Shown: positions 47,606 to 56,512 of the stretch, one piece after another
Layout of the letters: each line of letters starts with the position of its first letter
How positions within the stretch are numbered: position 1 is the first letter of the stretch
From: Bacteriovoracia bacterium
GTDB taxonomy: Bacteria; Bdellovibrionota; UBA1018; CAIPTA01
NCBI GenBank assembly: GCA_050246755.1
Contig: JBFWVL010000002.1
Span: 192,001 to 256,000, forward strand
Direction: 5' to 3'
Length of the DNA stretch: 64,000 nucleotides
Notes under the pieces: model-generated
The model's input: the letters and a program-made list of their open reading frames with translations, nothing else
What the model was told of the DNA's origin: nothing
Databases searched by the model: none
Position numbers and translations under genes: made by a program

Positions 47606-48408
47606 CGGACCAGCGGAAAGAAATCGAAGCTATATACGTAGGCCGTTTCTTCGGGAGACTTAGCGATCACGTCTTGGTTCTTTTTTAGATTTTCCAGCAG
47701 GGAAACTTTCACGCGCTCGGCATCTTCCCGTGAAAGGCTCACGCAGGCCGAGTAGTGCATGTCGTTGGTGCCCGCCGAGTCCATCGACTGAATTGAAAAT
47801 AGCCGCCAGTTGCTGTGCAGGTTCTTGATCAGCGGATCGGTGGCGGGTAGGTGCACGTGGCTCGGGCCGGCGGAGTAGTGGGTGCCCTTAAGCTTGAGGA
47901 TCCCGCAACCCACGAGGAAATCCAATTTCTCGTCGAGTTCGGCCGGATGCACGCGCAGGGCCTGGCTGAGCGCGAGTTTGGTCTGAAAAGACGGGATCGA
48001 GCAGAGTACGTGAATTGCGGCGTAGAGGTGGCTCGAGTGGAATCGCGCGGTGTCGCTCGCGGAAATACCGGTAGAGGGCCGCACTACTTTTGAGGGCGTA
48101 AGTTTCTGCGCGCGTTTAGCGGCGAGTAGAGTTTGAAATCGCTGGCGGGCTTTTGAGGAGCGGGCGCGGTCGCGGCAGACTAGGAGCGCGAAGTACTCGG
48201 CCTCGTCCTCGTCGTGACGAAGAAAATCATTCATGAGCTCGGCCTGTTCGGTGCTAAGGTCGGCTTTTCCCGAAAGAATTTGCGATAAATAGGTAGTGTG
48301 AACGGCCAAAGCGCGGGCCGCATCGGCGCGCATGCCCGAGCGATGACCCTGCTCGTCAAATCGTAACTTAAGGTAATCGCGGTAGTTTTGGGATTCGTAG
48401 ATTTTCAT
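47602..48408 (-). CDS. TIGR02147/DUF4423 family HTH protein
   Basis: IYE..NYRDYLK; N-terminal HTH (TYLSQILSGK..LS); LH.NWR; C-terminal YVYSFDFFPL. Confidence 0.85.
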   Translation of the reverse strand: MKIYESQNYRDYLKLRFDEQGHRSGMRADAARALAVHTTYLSQILSGKADLSTEQAELMNDFLRHDEDEAEYFALLVCRDRARSSKARQRFQTLLAAKRAQKLTPSKVVRPSTGISASDTARFHSSHLYAAIHVLCSIPSFQTKLALSQALRVHPAELDEKLDFLVGCGILKLKGTHYSAGPSHVHLPATDPLIKNLHSNWRLFSIQSMDSAGTNDMHYSACVSLSREDAERVKVSLLENLKKNQDVIAKSPEETAYVYSFDFFPLVR

Positions 48409-48507
48409 ACCTGTGCCCTCGAGGTGTAGAGTTATTCTCTTATTTCAACCTGATGATTTAGTAAAATAATCTTTTCGCGCTTGTGGCCTGCACGTATAAA
48501 CAGTCTC

Positions 48508-49545
48508 ATGATGAAACTCATTTTGGTTTTGGGAATTTTCGGCGCGCTCCACGCACAGGCCGGCGTGATCAACGGCGGCGGGGGCAAAGGTATTCTCTGC
48601 GTGAACCCCGACGGCAGCCGCACGGTGGAGAGCCTCGATCGCTACGAAGCGAGGATCGTTTGGCGCTACTCGGTGCCCGAGAGCAAGGATTTCGACGCCG
48701 AGTTTTTGCGGATGATGTCGAGGGCCCACTATGCTTTCAATGGGAACGCCCACCAAGCGCCCGGTCCTTATTCGGCCAAAGAGCACGAAGAATTTTTGTT
48801 GCTGCTCAAGGTATTCCAGGCCCAAATGAATTTTCTTCCAGTAGGCACTCACCTCAAACCCACCGATGACGCCGGGGAAGTGGTGATTCCGCCCGCAAAC
48901 TGCGCCATCACGCAGGTGATCCATTACCTCGATGAAACCGAACGTACCGGGCAGATCCTGGTAGACAAAGAATACTGGGACCTTCTCTCCCCGCAGGATC
49001 AAGTCGGTTTTTTCATGCATGAAGTGGTTTACAAAGATTTTCGCACTTCCGGCGAAACTTCCTCTCTGCGCACCCGTAAACTAGTGGGCCGTTTGCTTTC
49101 CAGCGAGGTGTATCCAAATCCTTATTCTCCACTCTGGGGAGCGCCCAAGATGCTGCATTGCCTGGGCAAGATGGACGATTATGGATGGGGAACTTCCAGC
49201 GGGCTGGATTTTTACGTAGTTCCTGCTGTGGATAAGCCGGGCCGCAATGCGGCTTTGCTCGTGTTCACTACCATCGGCGACGACGGCATGATGGCCGCCA
49301 CCACGGCGCTCAGTCCTTTCGAGTACGAAAGCTTTACTGGTGATCCGCAGTACGCCAGTTACGGGTCGGCCAGCTTGTCGGTGAATTCATTTTATGGTCC
49401 GCGCAGCCTGGTGCTCAGGATGGGGGGAGAAGGAGCTGGCTCTCCGCCGCCGCAGCCTTCCCTGCGGAAGATGTTTATGCGCTTCGATCGTAAAGGACAA
49501 ACCCAGGAAACGGAGTTTTCCTGCCAACCCGAGGAGAGACAATGA
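48508..49545 (+). CDS. Secreted hypothetical protein with a GGGG motif and HExxY
   Basis: Signal peptide then AGVINGGGG; W..L...DQ..FFMHEVVY; divergent from the TIGR02147-like gene. Confidence 0.8.
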   Translation: MMKLILVLGIFGALHAQAGVINGGGGKGILCVNPDGSRTVESLDRYEARIVWRYSVPESKDFDAEFLRMMSRAHYAFNGNAHQAPGPYSAKEHEEFLLLLKVFQAQMNFLPVGTHLKPTDDAGEVVIPPANCAITQVIHYLDETERTGQILVDKEYWDLLSPQDQVGFFMHEVVYKDFRTSGETSSLRTRKLVGRLLSSEVYPNPYSPLWGAPKMLHCLGKMDDYGWGTSSGLDFYVVPAVDKPGRNAALLVFTTIGDDGMMAATTALSPFEYESFTGDPQYASYGSASLSVNSFYGPRSLVLRMGGEGAGSPPPQPSLRKMFMRFDRKGQTQETEFSCQPEERQ

Positions 49546-49925
49546 AGTACTTGCTCATCGCCATGCTGTTCGCCAATACCGTTTTCGCCGCCGATAATTG
49601 CGGTCCGCAGGAAGGAAAATTCGGCTGGGAAAAAGCCGTGAAAGTAGGGGACGTAGTCACCTTCTTCAACCCGCGTCTCAATCTCGACGGGGTGAATCTC
49701 ATCCCGATCGCTTTCGACGACGGCGTGACCGAGTCCTTTTCGAACGGCGTTTGCAAAGCCCTCGGCAAGAAGACGGGTACCGTAGGCCAGATTACTCGAG
49801 CGTACGAGCTGGAAACCACACTCGCGGTTTTCATCGATGCGGCGGGCCGCGTGGCGTATATGCATGAAATTGGAAGAAATTCTGGATCCTATACTGGAAT
49901 CGTAAACTCGATTTCCTGCCGCTAG
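49542..49925 (+). CDS. Small secreted hypothetical protein
   Basis: Signal peptide (VFA); ATGA overlap with the upstream gene; SD GGAG. Confidence 0.75.
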   Translation: MKYLLIAMLFANTVFAADNCGPQEGKFGWEKAVKVGDVVTFFNPRLNLDGVNLIPIAFDDGVTESFSNGVCKALGKKTGTVGQITRAYELETTLAVFIDAAGRVAYMHEIGRNSGSYTGIVNSISCR

Positions 49926-49957
49926 TCATTACATAAAATTTAAGGAGAACGATAACC

Positions 49958-50437
49958 ATGAAATTTCATGCAACGGCACTGCTTTGCCTAGTCCTAACTG
50001 CCTGTGGAGCGGAGGAGCCTAGAGACCAAGAAATAAGCACCGATACTGCCACTATCACCGAGAACCTCGTTGCGGCACCGATGCCCGGCGATGGACGGCT
50101 AAACCAGACAGAGTTTAAGTCGCTCCATTGCGTGGCGCTTGTGAGTTCCTCGAATAACCCGGCGCGGGTTTTGGCGAGCGTGAAGTGCGATGGGTTCGGC
50201 GTCGTAAGCGGGGACTACGTGCTCGAATGCCAAGACAACAGGCTCTGCGTTCAGCGGCAATCCGTGCACGGAGGGCAGACAGAAGCGGTTTTTTCCGAAA
50301 ATTTCATGCAGATGATCCTGACGATTTCCGACTCGAATGGAAAGAAAGTTTATAGTGATAACTTCGTTTGCGAGAAGGGTTGTGCGCTGGAATTTCAGCC
50401 GCCTTCGTTCGAGAAAGGCACTCAGCCACGGCCCTAA
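49958..50437 (+). CDS. Cys-rich lipoprotein
   Basis: AAGGAG SD; lipobox LTAC. Confidence 0.78.
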   Translation: MKFHATALLCLVLTACGAEEPRDQEISTDTATITENLVAAPMPGDGRLNQTEFKSLHCVALVSSSNNPARVLASVKCDGFGVVSGDYVLECQDNRLCVQRQSVHGGQTEAVFSENFMQMILTISDSNGKKVYSDNFVCEKGCALEFQPPSFEKGTQPRP

Positions 50438-51675
50438 AGATTGCGAAATGCCTCGGGCGTGCCCATGCCCCTGATTTCGTCGCCGGCCTTGGTGCTCCCA
50501 TGGGTATGGAATTCCCGCCGCCGTTTTCGGTAAGAAACACTCACGCGCTCAAACAGCGAAATACCGTGCATTTCGGCCGGGGCAGGCGAAACCGCCGGCC
50601 CGCGCAGATCGCTCAGCGGGTTCATCGCGCCCGGCGAGATTTTTTCAATCGAAGCTAGGTGGCGCGCCCCTACGTCTACGGGCGCGGAAGCACCGAAGGC
50701 CTGCGCGTAGCCTTCCGAAATACCTCTGCCCCGAGGCGAGGGTGCTAGGGGAGTGGCCTCCCTAGTAGGCGCCAAAACCTGTGCCCCGGCTAGTAGGGCA
50801 GGTCCGCCGCTAGCGTTGAACCTAGTCGACTGGCCCGCACTCGTCACGGATACCTCTGCCCCAGAGGCGGGCGTCACGCGGCCCTCCAGCGCTTTCGCCA
50901 CCACGGGGCCGGGGTCCGCGAGCGTTTCTTCGACGGCGTTGCGTTTGGTTCGATCCAGTTTTCCCACGAACGGTGATTCGTTCACGATCGCCGCAAACGG
51001 CTCGCCAGCAAAAGCACGCCGCATGATCTCGCCGTTCTCGTAGCCAAGGTAGACGGATCCGTCGGGGAAGCGCTCCGATAATTCTTTCCACCCGAGCGCG
51101 TTCACCGCCGTGGACCTAGAAACCCCCGAACGGCTTTCTTCCGGCGCCAATGTGGGCACCATCACCGGGGCGCCGCTCGCCATTTCGGTGAGCCCAGTCA
51201 TGGGAGAAACCAGCGCGTCGGTACGCGTTTTCGTAGAGTAGCAGCCCGTCATCGACGAAGCGTATTGGCTGCTGAACGCCATCCAGTCGGTCATCGTGAA
51301 GCCATCGGCGCCCCAGGAAGTGCATTCGCCCGCGCCGTCGCGGGTAAGGCAATTGGCGGCGTTCCGGAGGGCTTGGCTTAGTCCCACGCATTCCGGGCTT
51401 TTGGGAGAAGCCGCGCAAACGGAATCCGTGCGCCCGCCTACGTTCGTGCCCACGCAGCCTCCCATTACGTTGGAGCCCATCACGAAGGCATTGGCTTGGG
51501 TGGACTCGGAATCCACATCTTCTCTATAGAGCTGGTTATTGTATTTCGTTACCTCGTACTCGTCGGAGCGTTTGGAATCGCCGGCGCCGGTCGTTTTACC
51601 GTTCTCGCCAACTAGATCGTTCGCGGCGAAGCCAAGGCCGGGGCAGAGGTATAAAATTAAGAAGAGGCGAATCAT
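50434..51675 (-). CDS. Secreted hypothetical protein, SIFExV...Y family
   Basis: Signal peptide; Cys-rich N-domain; EIMRRAFAGEPF; C-terminal SLFERVSVSY; contains three exact copies of the 13-mer. Confidence 0.8.
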   Translation of the reverse strand: MIRLFLILYLCPGLGFAANDLVGENGKTTGAGDSKRSDEYEVTKYNNQLYREDVDSESTQANAFVMGSNVMGGCVGTNVGGRTDSVCAASPKSPECVGLSQALRNAANCLTRDGAGECTSWGADGFTMTDWMAFSSQYASSMTGCYSTKTRTDALVSPMTGLTEMASGAPVMVPTLAPEESRSGVSRSTAVNALGWKELSERFPDGSVYLGYENGEIMRRAFAGEPFAAIVNESPFVGKLDRTKRNAVEETLADPGPVVAKALEGRVTPASGAEVSVTSAGQSTRFNASGGPALLAGAQVLAPTREATPLAPSPRGRGISEGYAQAFGASAPVDVGARHLASIEKISPGAMNPLSDLRGPAVSPAPAEMHGISLFERVSVSYRKRRREFHTHGSTKAGDEIRGMGTPEAFRNL

Positions 51676-52015
51676 AGTTCCGTGCCCCCGCGATTCACCA
51701 GCTCGCGCACATCTTTGGGCTCGGATTTTTTTGGCAGGCGCTTGATATAGTCTTCCATGCCCCGAAGGTTCGGCACCTGCCGCTGGTAGACGGTGCTCAC
51801 CCGGTCAAAGAGCGTGAGGTCGAGGCCGAGGGAATAGGGATTGTGCTTGAGCGCGCGCACGAAGTTTCCGTTGCTTGCGGGCCTGGGCGATACCTCTGCC
51901 CCGGAAGAGGTGGCCGGTTCGCGATTAGCGGTGCTGCCAATGATGATCGCGCCGTAGCCGCTATCGGGTGCGCCCCAGCGCCGGGTACGCTTGCTAGCCG
52001 AAATACCTCTGCCCC
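50720..52015. repeat. Intragenic copies of ATACCTCTGCCCC
   Basis: Exact copies at 50720, 50850, 51890 and 52003 (+) and 51640 (-); a 2-mismatch copy at 50775; a further exact copy at 38158 (-). Confidence 0.9.
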
Positions 52016-52625
52016 CGAGGTGGGTGGTCTCGGCCAGCGCGTCGGCGGGGGTGTCCACCACGGGGTAGGGAGTTTTCGCGGCGAGCTCCATGGTGTCCTG
52101 CTCGTGGGCGGGAATCTGCGTCCACATCGGCGAGGAGCTCAGTACGGACTCAAAACTTTCGCCCTCGAGGGTACGGCGCAGGATGCTTCCTTCGCGTAGT
52201 CCGAACGAGCTCGCGCCTTCTTCGAGGGAGGCCAGGAGGGCGCGGAAATTGGGATCGGCGAGCGCTTCCTGGGCACCGGAAGAATCGTTGTTGCCATACT
52301 GGTTGCGCACGCACTGGTGAAATACCGCGAGGTAACCCGCCGCAACCGATACCCACTGCGACTGCGTATTTTGGCGATACGCGTAGGCTAGGCAGGCCTC
52401 GCCGGCCCGCGCGCGGCACTGGTCTTTGCGGAGAGCATTGCGGAGGGCGAGCTGCATGCCCACGCAGGCATCGGCTTCGTGGTCGCTGGCGCAGTCGCCG
52501 TCGAAGCGGCCGCCGATCGCGGTTTCGATGCAGGAGAGCGTGGGTTTGGCGCTCGCGCCGGAGCGCAGAGGTTTTGCCTCCGCCGCGGTAGTAGCCAGGA
52601 GCAGGATGAAAACGAAGCTGTTCAT
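51672..52625 (-). CDS. Secreted hypothetical protein, SIFExV...Y family
   Basis: Signal peptide; Cys-rich N-domain; SILRRTLEGESF; TLFDRVSTVY. Confidence 0.8.
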   Translation of the reverse strand: MNSFVFILLLATTAAEAKPLRSGASAKPTLSCIETAIGGRFDGDCASDHEADACVGMQLALRNALRKDQCRARAGEACLAYAYRQNTQSQWVSVAAGYLAVFHQCVRNQYGNNDSSGAQEALADPNFRALLASLEEGASSFGLREGSILRRTLEGESFESVLSSSPMWTQIPAHEQDTMELAAKTPYPVVDTPADALAETTHLGGRGISASKRTRRWGAPDSGYGAIIIGSTANREPATSSGAEVSPRPASNGNFVRALKHNPYSLGLDLTLFDRVSTVYQRQVPNLRGMEDYIKRLPKKSEPKDVRELVNRGGTEL

Positions 52626-52626
52626 C

Positions 52627-53745
52627 CTAGAACTCGAGCGCGGCCGTGCCCTTTAGGTCGAAGATCGGCCGCGGAGCATCCGCTTGCTCGCGTTTCACGC
52701 CGAACATGAGAGGCGTCTTTTTATGGTACTGCGCGCGCACCATTTCGAAGATGCTCCGGCTGCTGATCCCGTTGCGATCGAGAGCCGCTTGCACTTCGGG
52801 GCTGATGCTGCCGTCTTTGGTGCCGCCACCCAGCGCCACGCCGCCGCCGGTATCTCCGGCGCCGGGCTTCCCGAAGAGCGAATCGAAGTCAGTGGTGGGG
52901 GCCGCGGAATTGATCTTCCGGTCACCACCGCTGGCGCTATACGCGCCTTCGCCAGCGAGGTCCTGGGCGTTGAGGCCGAGCCGGTCCATCACTTCTTCGC
53001 CGGTGAGGGGATTGGTATTGGCCATCGTGGAATCAATCATCTTCTGGAGCTCGGATTCCGATTTTCCGATTTTTGAAGAGCCGGCGAGAATTTCCGCGGG
53101 GCTTTTGCCCGCGTTCAAGCCATTGATGAGGTCGTCGCGGCTCAGGCCGGTTTTGTTTTCGAAGTCGTTGAGAATCTCCCCGATTTTTCCGCCATTGCGA
53201 GCGAGGGCCGGGTCGATTTTGATCGAGCTGCCGTTGCTCTCGTTCGACAAATTTCCGGGGCCAACGCTTTTTACGCTCTCGGCGGTGGGGCCGAGGTTAT
53301 TCGCGTATCCGCCGGCCTGCTGTCCGTTCTTACGCATATTGCTGGCAGCGGCGAGGGCGGCCATTCCGGCCATCATCAGCGCGATCCCCGCGGCCATGAG
53401 TGCCATACCGGGAGCCACGGTGGGAGGGCTCGCCATCATCGCGGCCCCGGCCGCCATCATTGCCATACCGGCGGCGATCGCCGCCAGGCCGAGGCTAGTG
53501 GAAGAGCTATCGCCTTGCTGATTGAGCTTGTTCGCGTCGTTCTGGTGCTGGAGCTGGGTCACGGTCGGCGCGGGAGGAGTGGGCATGGTGCTGGTGAATT
53601 TGTTGGCATCGGTTTTGGTGCTGGTGGAGCCGATATTCACGTCTCCCACGCTCACGCCGGCGGCCATGGCGTCTTCCACGCAAATATCGGCGGACGAAGT
53701 CCACAGAACCAAGGCGACAATCAATGTCCAAATGCCTAATTTCAT
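52627..53745 (-). CDS. Secreted protein with an Ala/Gly/Met hydrophobic hairpin, SIFExV...Y family
   Basis: Signal-like N-terminus; hairpin LGLAAIAAGMAMMAAGAAMMASPPTVAPGMALMAAGIALMMAGMAALAAA; SIFEMVRAQY. Confidence 0.82.
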   Translation of the reverse strand: MKLGIWTLIVALVLWTSSADICVEDAMAAGVSVGDVNIGSTSTKTDANKFTSTMPTPPAPTVTQLQHQNDANKLNQQGDSSSTSLGLAAIAAGMAMMAAGAAMMASPPTVAPGMALMAAGIALMMAGMAALAAASNMRKNGQQAGGYANNLGPTAESVKSVGPGNLSNESNGSSIKIDPALARNGGKIGEILNDFENKTGLSRDDLINGLNAGKSPAEILAGSSKIGKSESELQKMIDSTMANTNPLTGEEVMDRLGLNAQDLAGEGAYSASGGDRKINSAAPTTDFDSLFGKPGAGDTGGGVALGGGTKDGSISPEVQAALDRNGISSRSIFEMVRAQYHKKTPLMFGVKREQADAPRPIFDLKGTAALEF

Positions 53746-53907
53746 ACGATACCCCCATTGGATGGACGCGGCTCGTCCCCGATCCAATAATCCCTATTCT
53801 TTTAATCGACTATCTGTGTGAGTTTCTTTAGAAAAAGGTCTAAAAGCGGGTGGATTTATATGGTAAAAAGTCGCCATTCCAAGATTAAGGAAAAGTCCTT
53901 AGATTTT

Positions 53908-53983
53908 GCCGATGTAGCTCAGTTGGTAGAGCAGCGCTTTCGTAAAGCGCAGGTCGCAGGTTCGAGTCCCGTCATCGGCTCCA
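53908..53983 (+). tRNA. tRNA-Thr(CGT)
   Basis: GCCGATG acceptor stem; anticodon arm GCGCT-TTCGTAA-AGCGC; TTCGA loop; encoded CCA. Confidence 0.95.
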
Positions 53984-53990
53984 ATTATGG

Positions 53991-54012
53991 CCTGTCTCCG
54001 GATGGAGACAGG
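53991..54012. terminator. Hairpin between tRNA-Thr and the convergent ACP gene
   Basis: CCTGTCTCC-ggat-GGAGACAGG perfect stem; no clear U-tract. Confidence 0.5.
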
Positions 54013-54025
54013 GGAATGGTCCATT

Positions 54026-54286
54026 TTAATAAGATTTATTTAGCGTAGCCAGATGGGCGGCGATTTCGCCTACCGTGAGCTCGCGGCGCGCCGACATTTT
54101 CTCGTTTTGCCGCAAGAGCAGCAGTTCCCGCAAATTCAATTTTCGGCCGCTCCGTTTTTCCAGCTCGGAGAAGAAATCCACTAGATCGAGGGAACTGAGG
54201 GTCAGCGGCGTGTCTGGCTCAGCGGAAATTTGGGTTCCGGTAACCTCGAGGTAGGACTCCTGGATGAGCTCAACGGCGTTCGGCAT
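54026..54286 (-). CDS. Acyl/aminoacyl carrier protein-like
   Basis: 86 aa; I..DTPL.LSSLDLVDF..ELE and TVGEIA resemble the ACP pattern, with SSL in place of DSL. Confidence 0.65.
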   Translation of the reverse strand: MPNAVELIQESYLEVTGTQISAEPDTPLTLSSLDLVDFFSELEKRSGRKLNLRELLLLRQNEKMSARRELTVGEIAAHLATLNKSY

Positions 54287-54370
54287 GGCGCCCTAAGCTT
54301 ATGCGCGATCGAGTGCGCTAGGCAATCGGCTTATTGAGTTTGGGAGGGGCAGGGGATATATTTTTTCAAA

Positions 54371-55822
54371 ATGCTTCCAACTTCGGGTTTGCGACTCATT
54401 CCGGCCCTCGACGAAAACGAGCGTTTCGTTCTTTTCGCCCAATCCTTCACCGGCAAGCTGCTTCTCGCGCTCCTTTCCGCGGCCCTGCTTTGCGCATTCC
54501 GTCTCGAATTTTCGCTTCCTTACAGTCTGCTCGCTTTTTTCCTGGTCTGCGCGCCGCTTAGGGCGGAGCTCAAGCTCCTGCTCGCTGGCGCCGCGGGCTG
54601 GATTTTTTTCGAGCGGCCCGCCGCCTACTACGCGCTCTACGACAATCTAATCAACCCCGTTTTCGTGGAAAAGTTTTTGGGCACGGGGGCCTATTCGTAC
54701 GAATTTTCGGTAGTCTACCGCGCGGTCACGGCCGTGGTTCTGTTCGCGCTCCTTTCCGCGTTGCTCTTCTTCCGGCGTAATGCCAAGGTATTTTGGCTGG
54801 CCACCTTCTTATTCGCCGTTTCCGTATTCTTTCTCCCAAAAACCGGCTGGGCCGGGCTCATCCTCTGGACGAGTGCGCTCATCTTCTTCAAGGGCCTGGT
54901 GGGAATTTTTTTCGCCCTGGACCCCGATGAGATTCCGAAAAAATCCGGGCTCGCGGGAAAAGCCGTGGTGGCGTTCCAGCTCCTCGGGCACGGCATCTCC
55001 GTTCCGCTCCTGCAAAGCCCAGCCCAGCTCACCGATTTCCCGCACCGCGCTCGCTGCCAAATCAAGGGCGTGAAACTCTTGTTGTGGGGCCTTCTCCTGC
55101 ACCTAGGCAACGAAACCCTGATGCAATTCGTGTTCGGCAATTCCCAGCTCCCCGCCATCCGCGCCCTCGTTCCCCAATCGCTTGGCTGGGTAAATTATAT
55201 CCAGGCGGGGATGGACGCGTTCAACCTCAGGCCGGCTTCGCCGCTAAAAAACTGGGCCGTGCTCCTGCTCGTGAACTGGGATTACCTCCTGCGCACCGCC
55301 GTGATCACCAGCTTTTATATCGGGATCATCCGGCTCAGCGGGATCTACCTGCCGCGCTGGATTTACCGGCCCTATCTCGCGGTATCGTTCAACGATTACT
55401 TCCGTCGCTGTTTTTATTTCTACAGCGAATTCCTTCTGGCCGTCTTCTACGCTCCGGCGTGGAAGTGGTTGCGTGGCACTCGTCTCGCGCGCCCGGTACG
55501 GATATTTTTAGCCACGTTCTTTGCGGTGGGGCTAGGGGGATGGCTTTTCCACATCGCGCGCTGGGTTAACCGGATCCTCTATTTCGAGCCCAGCTATTAT
55601 TTAGGGCTTTACCTATCGATCACGCCGTATTTTTTTCTCCTCGGTTTGTTCACGGCGATCTCGGCGCTGCGAAATACGCCACGAGCTTGGCGTCCGGCGA
55701 GCCTGCTCTGGGTGCCCGTCTACTTCGTGTTTCATTCCTTAGTGATGGTGGCGTTCGCTCTCGAGAAAGACATGGGCGTCACGCAGAGGCTAGCGTTTCT
55801 CGCTTCGCTGGTCGGACGCTAA
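54371..55822 (+). CDS. MBOAT-family membrane acyltransferase-like protein
   Basis: Polytopic; RLSG..LP, RPYLAVSFNDYFRR, candidate catalytic His in GWLFH. Confidence 0.65.
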   Translation: MLPTSGLRLIPALDENERFVLFAQSFTGKLLLALLSAALLCAFRLEFSLPYSLLAFFLVCAPLRAELKLLLAGAAGWIFFERPAAYYALYDNLINPVFVEKFLGTGAYSYEFSVVYRAVTAVVLFALLSALLFFRRNAKVFWLATFLFAVSVFFLPKTGWAGLILWTSALIFFKGLVGIFFALDPDEIPKKSGLAGKAVVAFQLLGHGISVPLLQSPAQLTDFPHRARCQIKGVKLLLWGLLLHLGNETLMQFVFGNSQLPAIRALVPQSLGWVNYIQAGMDAFNLRPASPLKNWAVLLLVNWDYLLRTAVITSFYIGIIRLSGIYLPRWIYRPYLAVSFNDYFRRCFYFYSEFLLAVFYAPAWKWLRGTRLARPVRIFLATFFAVGLGGWLFHIARWVNRILYFEPSYYLGLYLSITPYFFLLGLFTAISALRNTPRAWRPASLLWVPVYFVFHSLVMVAFALEKDMGVTQRLAFLASLVGR

Positions 55823-55849
55823 AACCCCTGAAATCCCGGCAAACTCCAT

Positions 55850-55879
55850 TTGACAGCGCGCCGCGTTCAACCATAAAGT
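55850..55879 (+). promoter_or_regulatory. sigma70 promoter of tRNA-Ser
   Basis: TTGACA-N18-TAAAGT. Confidence 0.6.
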
Positions 55880-55900
55880 GCTGCTTCAGTTTGCGACGCT

Positions 55901-55988
55901 GGAGAGGTGGCCGAGTGGCCGAAGGCGCCTGATTCGAAATCAGGTATACCGCAAGGTATCGTGGGTTCGAATCCCACCCTCTCCGCCA
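55901..55988 (+). tRNA. tRNA-Ser(CGA)
   Basis: GGAGAGG acceptor; CCTGA-TTCGAAA-TCAGG anticodon arm; long variable arm; CCA. Confidence 0.96.
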
Positions 55989-56017
55989 AATTTCGCAAAA
56001 GTTTAAATCAAAAAAAT

Positions 56018-56505
56018 TGTAAGGGTCCATTCCGGAGACATAGGTAACACTTTTGTGCCGAACGGATCGGCCACGGGCTCGACTCTTTTACCCTCTTCAT
56101 CAAAATATCCAAGATCATAATTCAAAAAAGATACGACCCAGATTCCATCCTCCACCTCTTTGATCCCCACTTCTTGGCCAGCAAAGGCCGTGCTTAGATT
56201 GATCTTTATACGCTTCCACGGCAGATTCTCTCGCACTGGGTGACCTGGATTGTTTTGTCGTGGAAGGGGCAAAAAAGTTCTGGAGCCCCAAGATAAGGGC
56301 GGGGCGATGGTTTGTAGAGCTCAACAGGGTACTTCATGCCGAGGCCTTGATGAGGGCGTTCTCGATTAAATTCTTCGATGAAGTGATCAAGTTTTTCCTG
56401 CTGCTCAAGGAGATTGTTTCCGGGCGGCCGTGTAGTACTTCGCTTGAGCGTCAGGTGCATACGCTCGTGCCGGCCGTTTTGCTCGGGGTGGTCTGTCCGT
56501 TCCAA
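56018..56505 (-). pseudogene. IS481-family transposase 3' remnant (frameshifted) with terminal repeat
   Basis: PEQNGRHERMHLTLK, FN.ERPHQGLGM; continues in another frame as FAGQEVGIKEVEDGIWVVSF...PFGTKVLPMS; end TGTTACCTATGTCTCCGGAATGGACCCTTACA. Confidence 0.88.
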
Positions 56506-56512
56506 TTAAATC

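Noticed and set aside
53818-54048. Short ORFs across tRNA-Thr and, at 55779-56030, across tRNA-Ser
   Set aside because: They are translations of tRNA genes.
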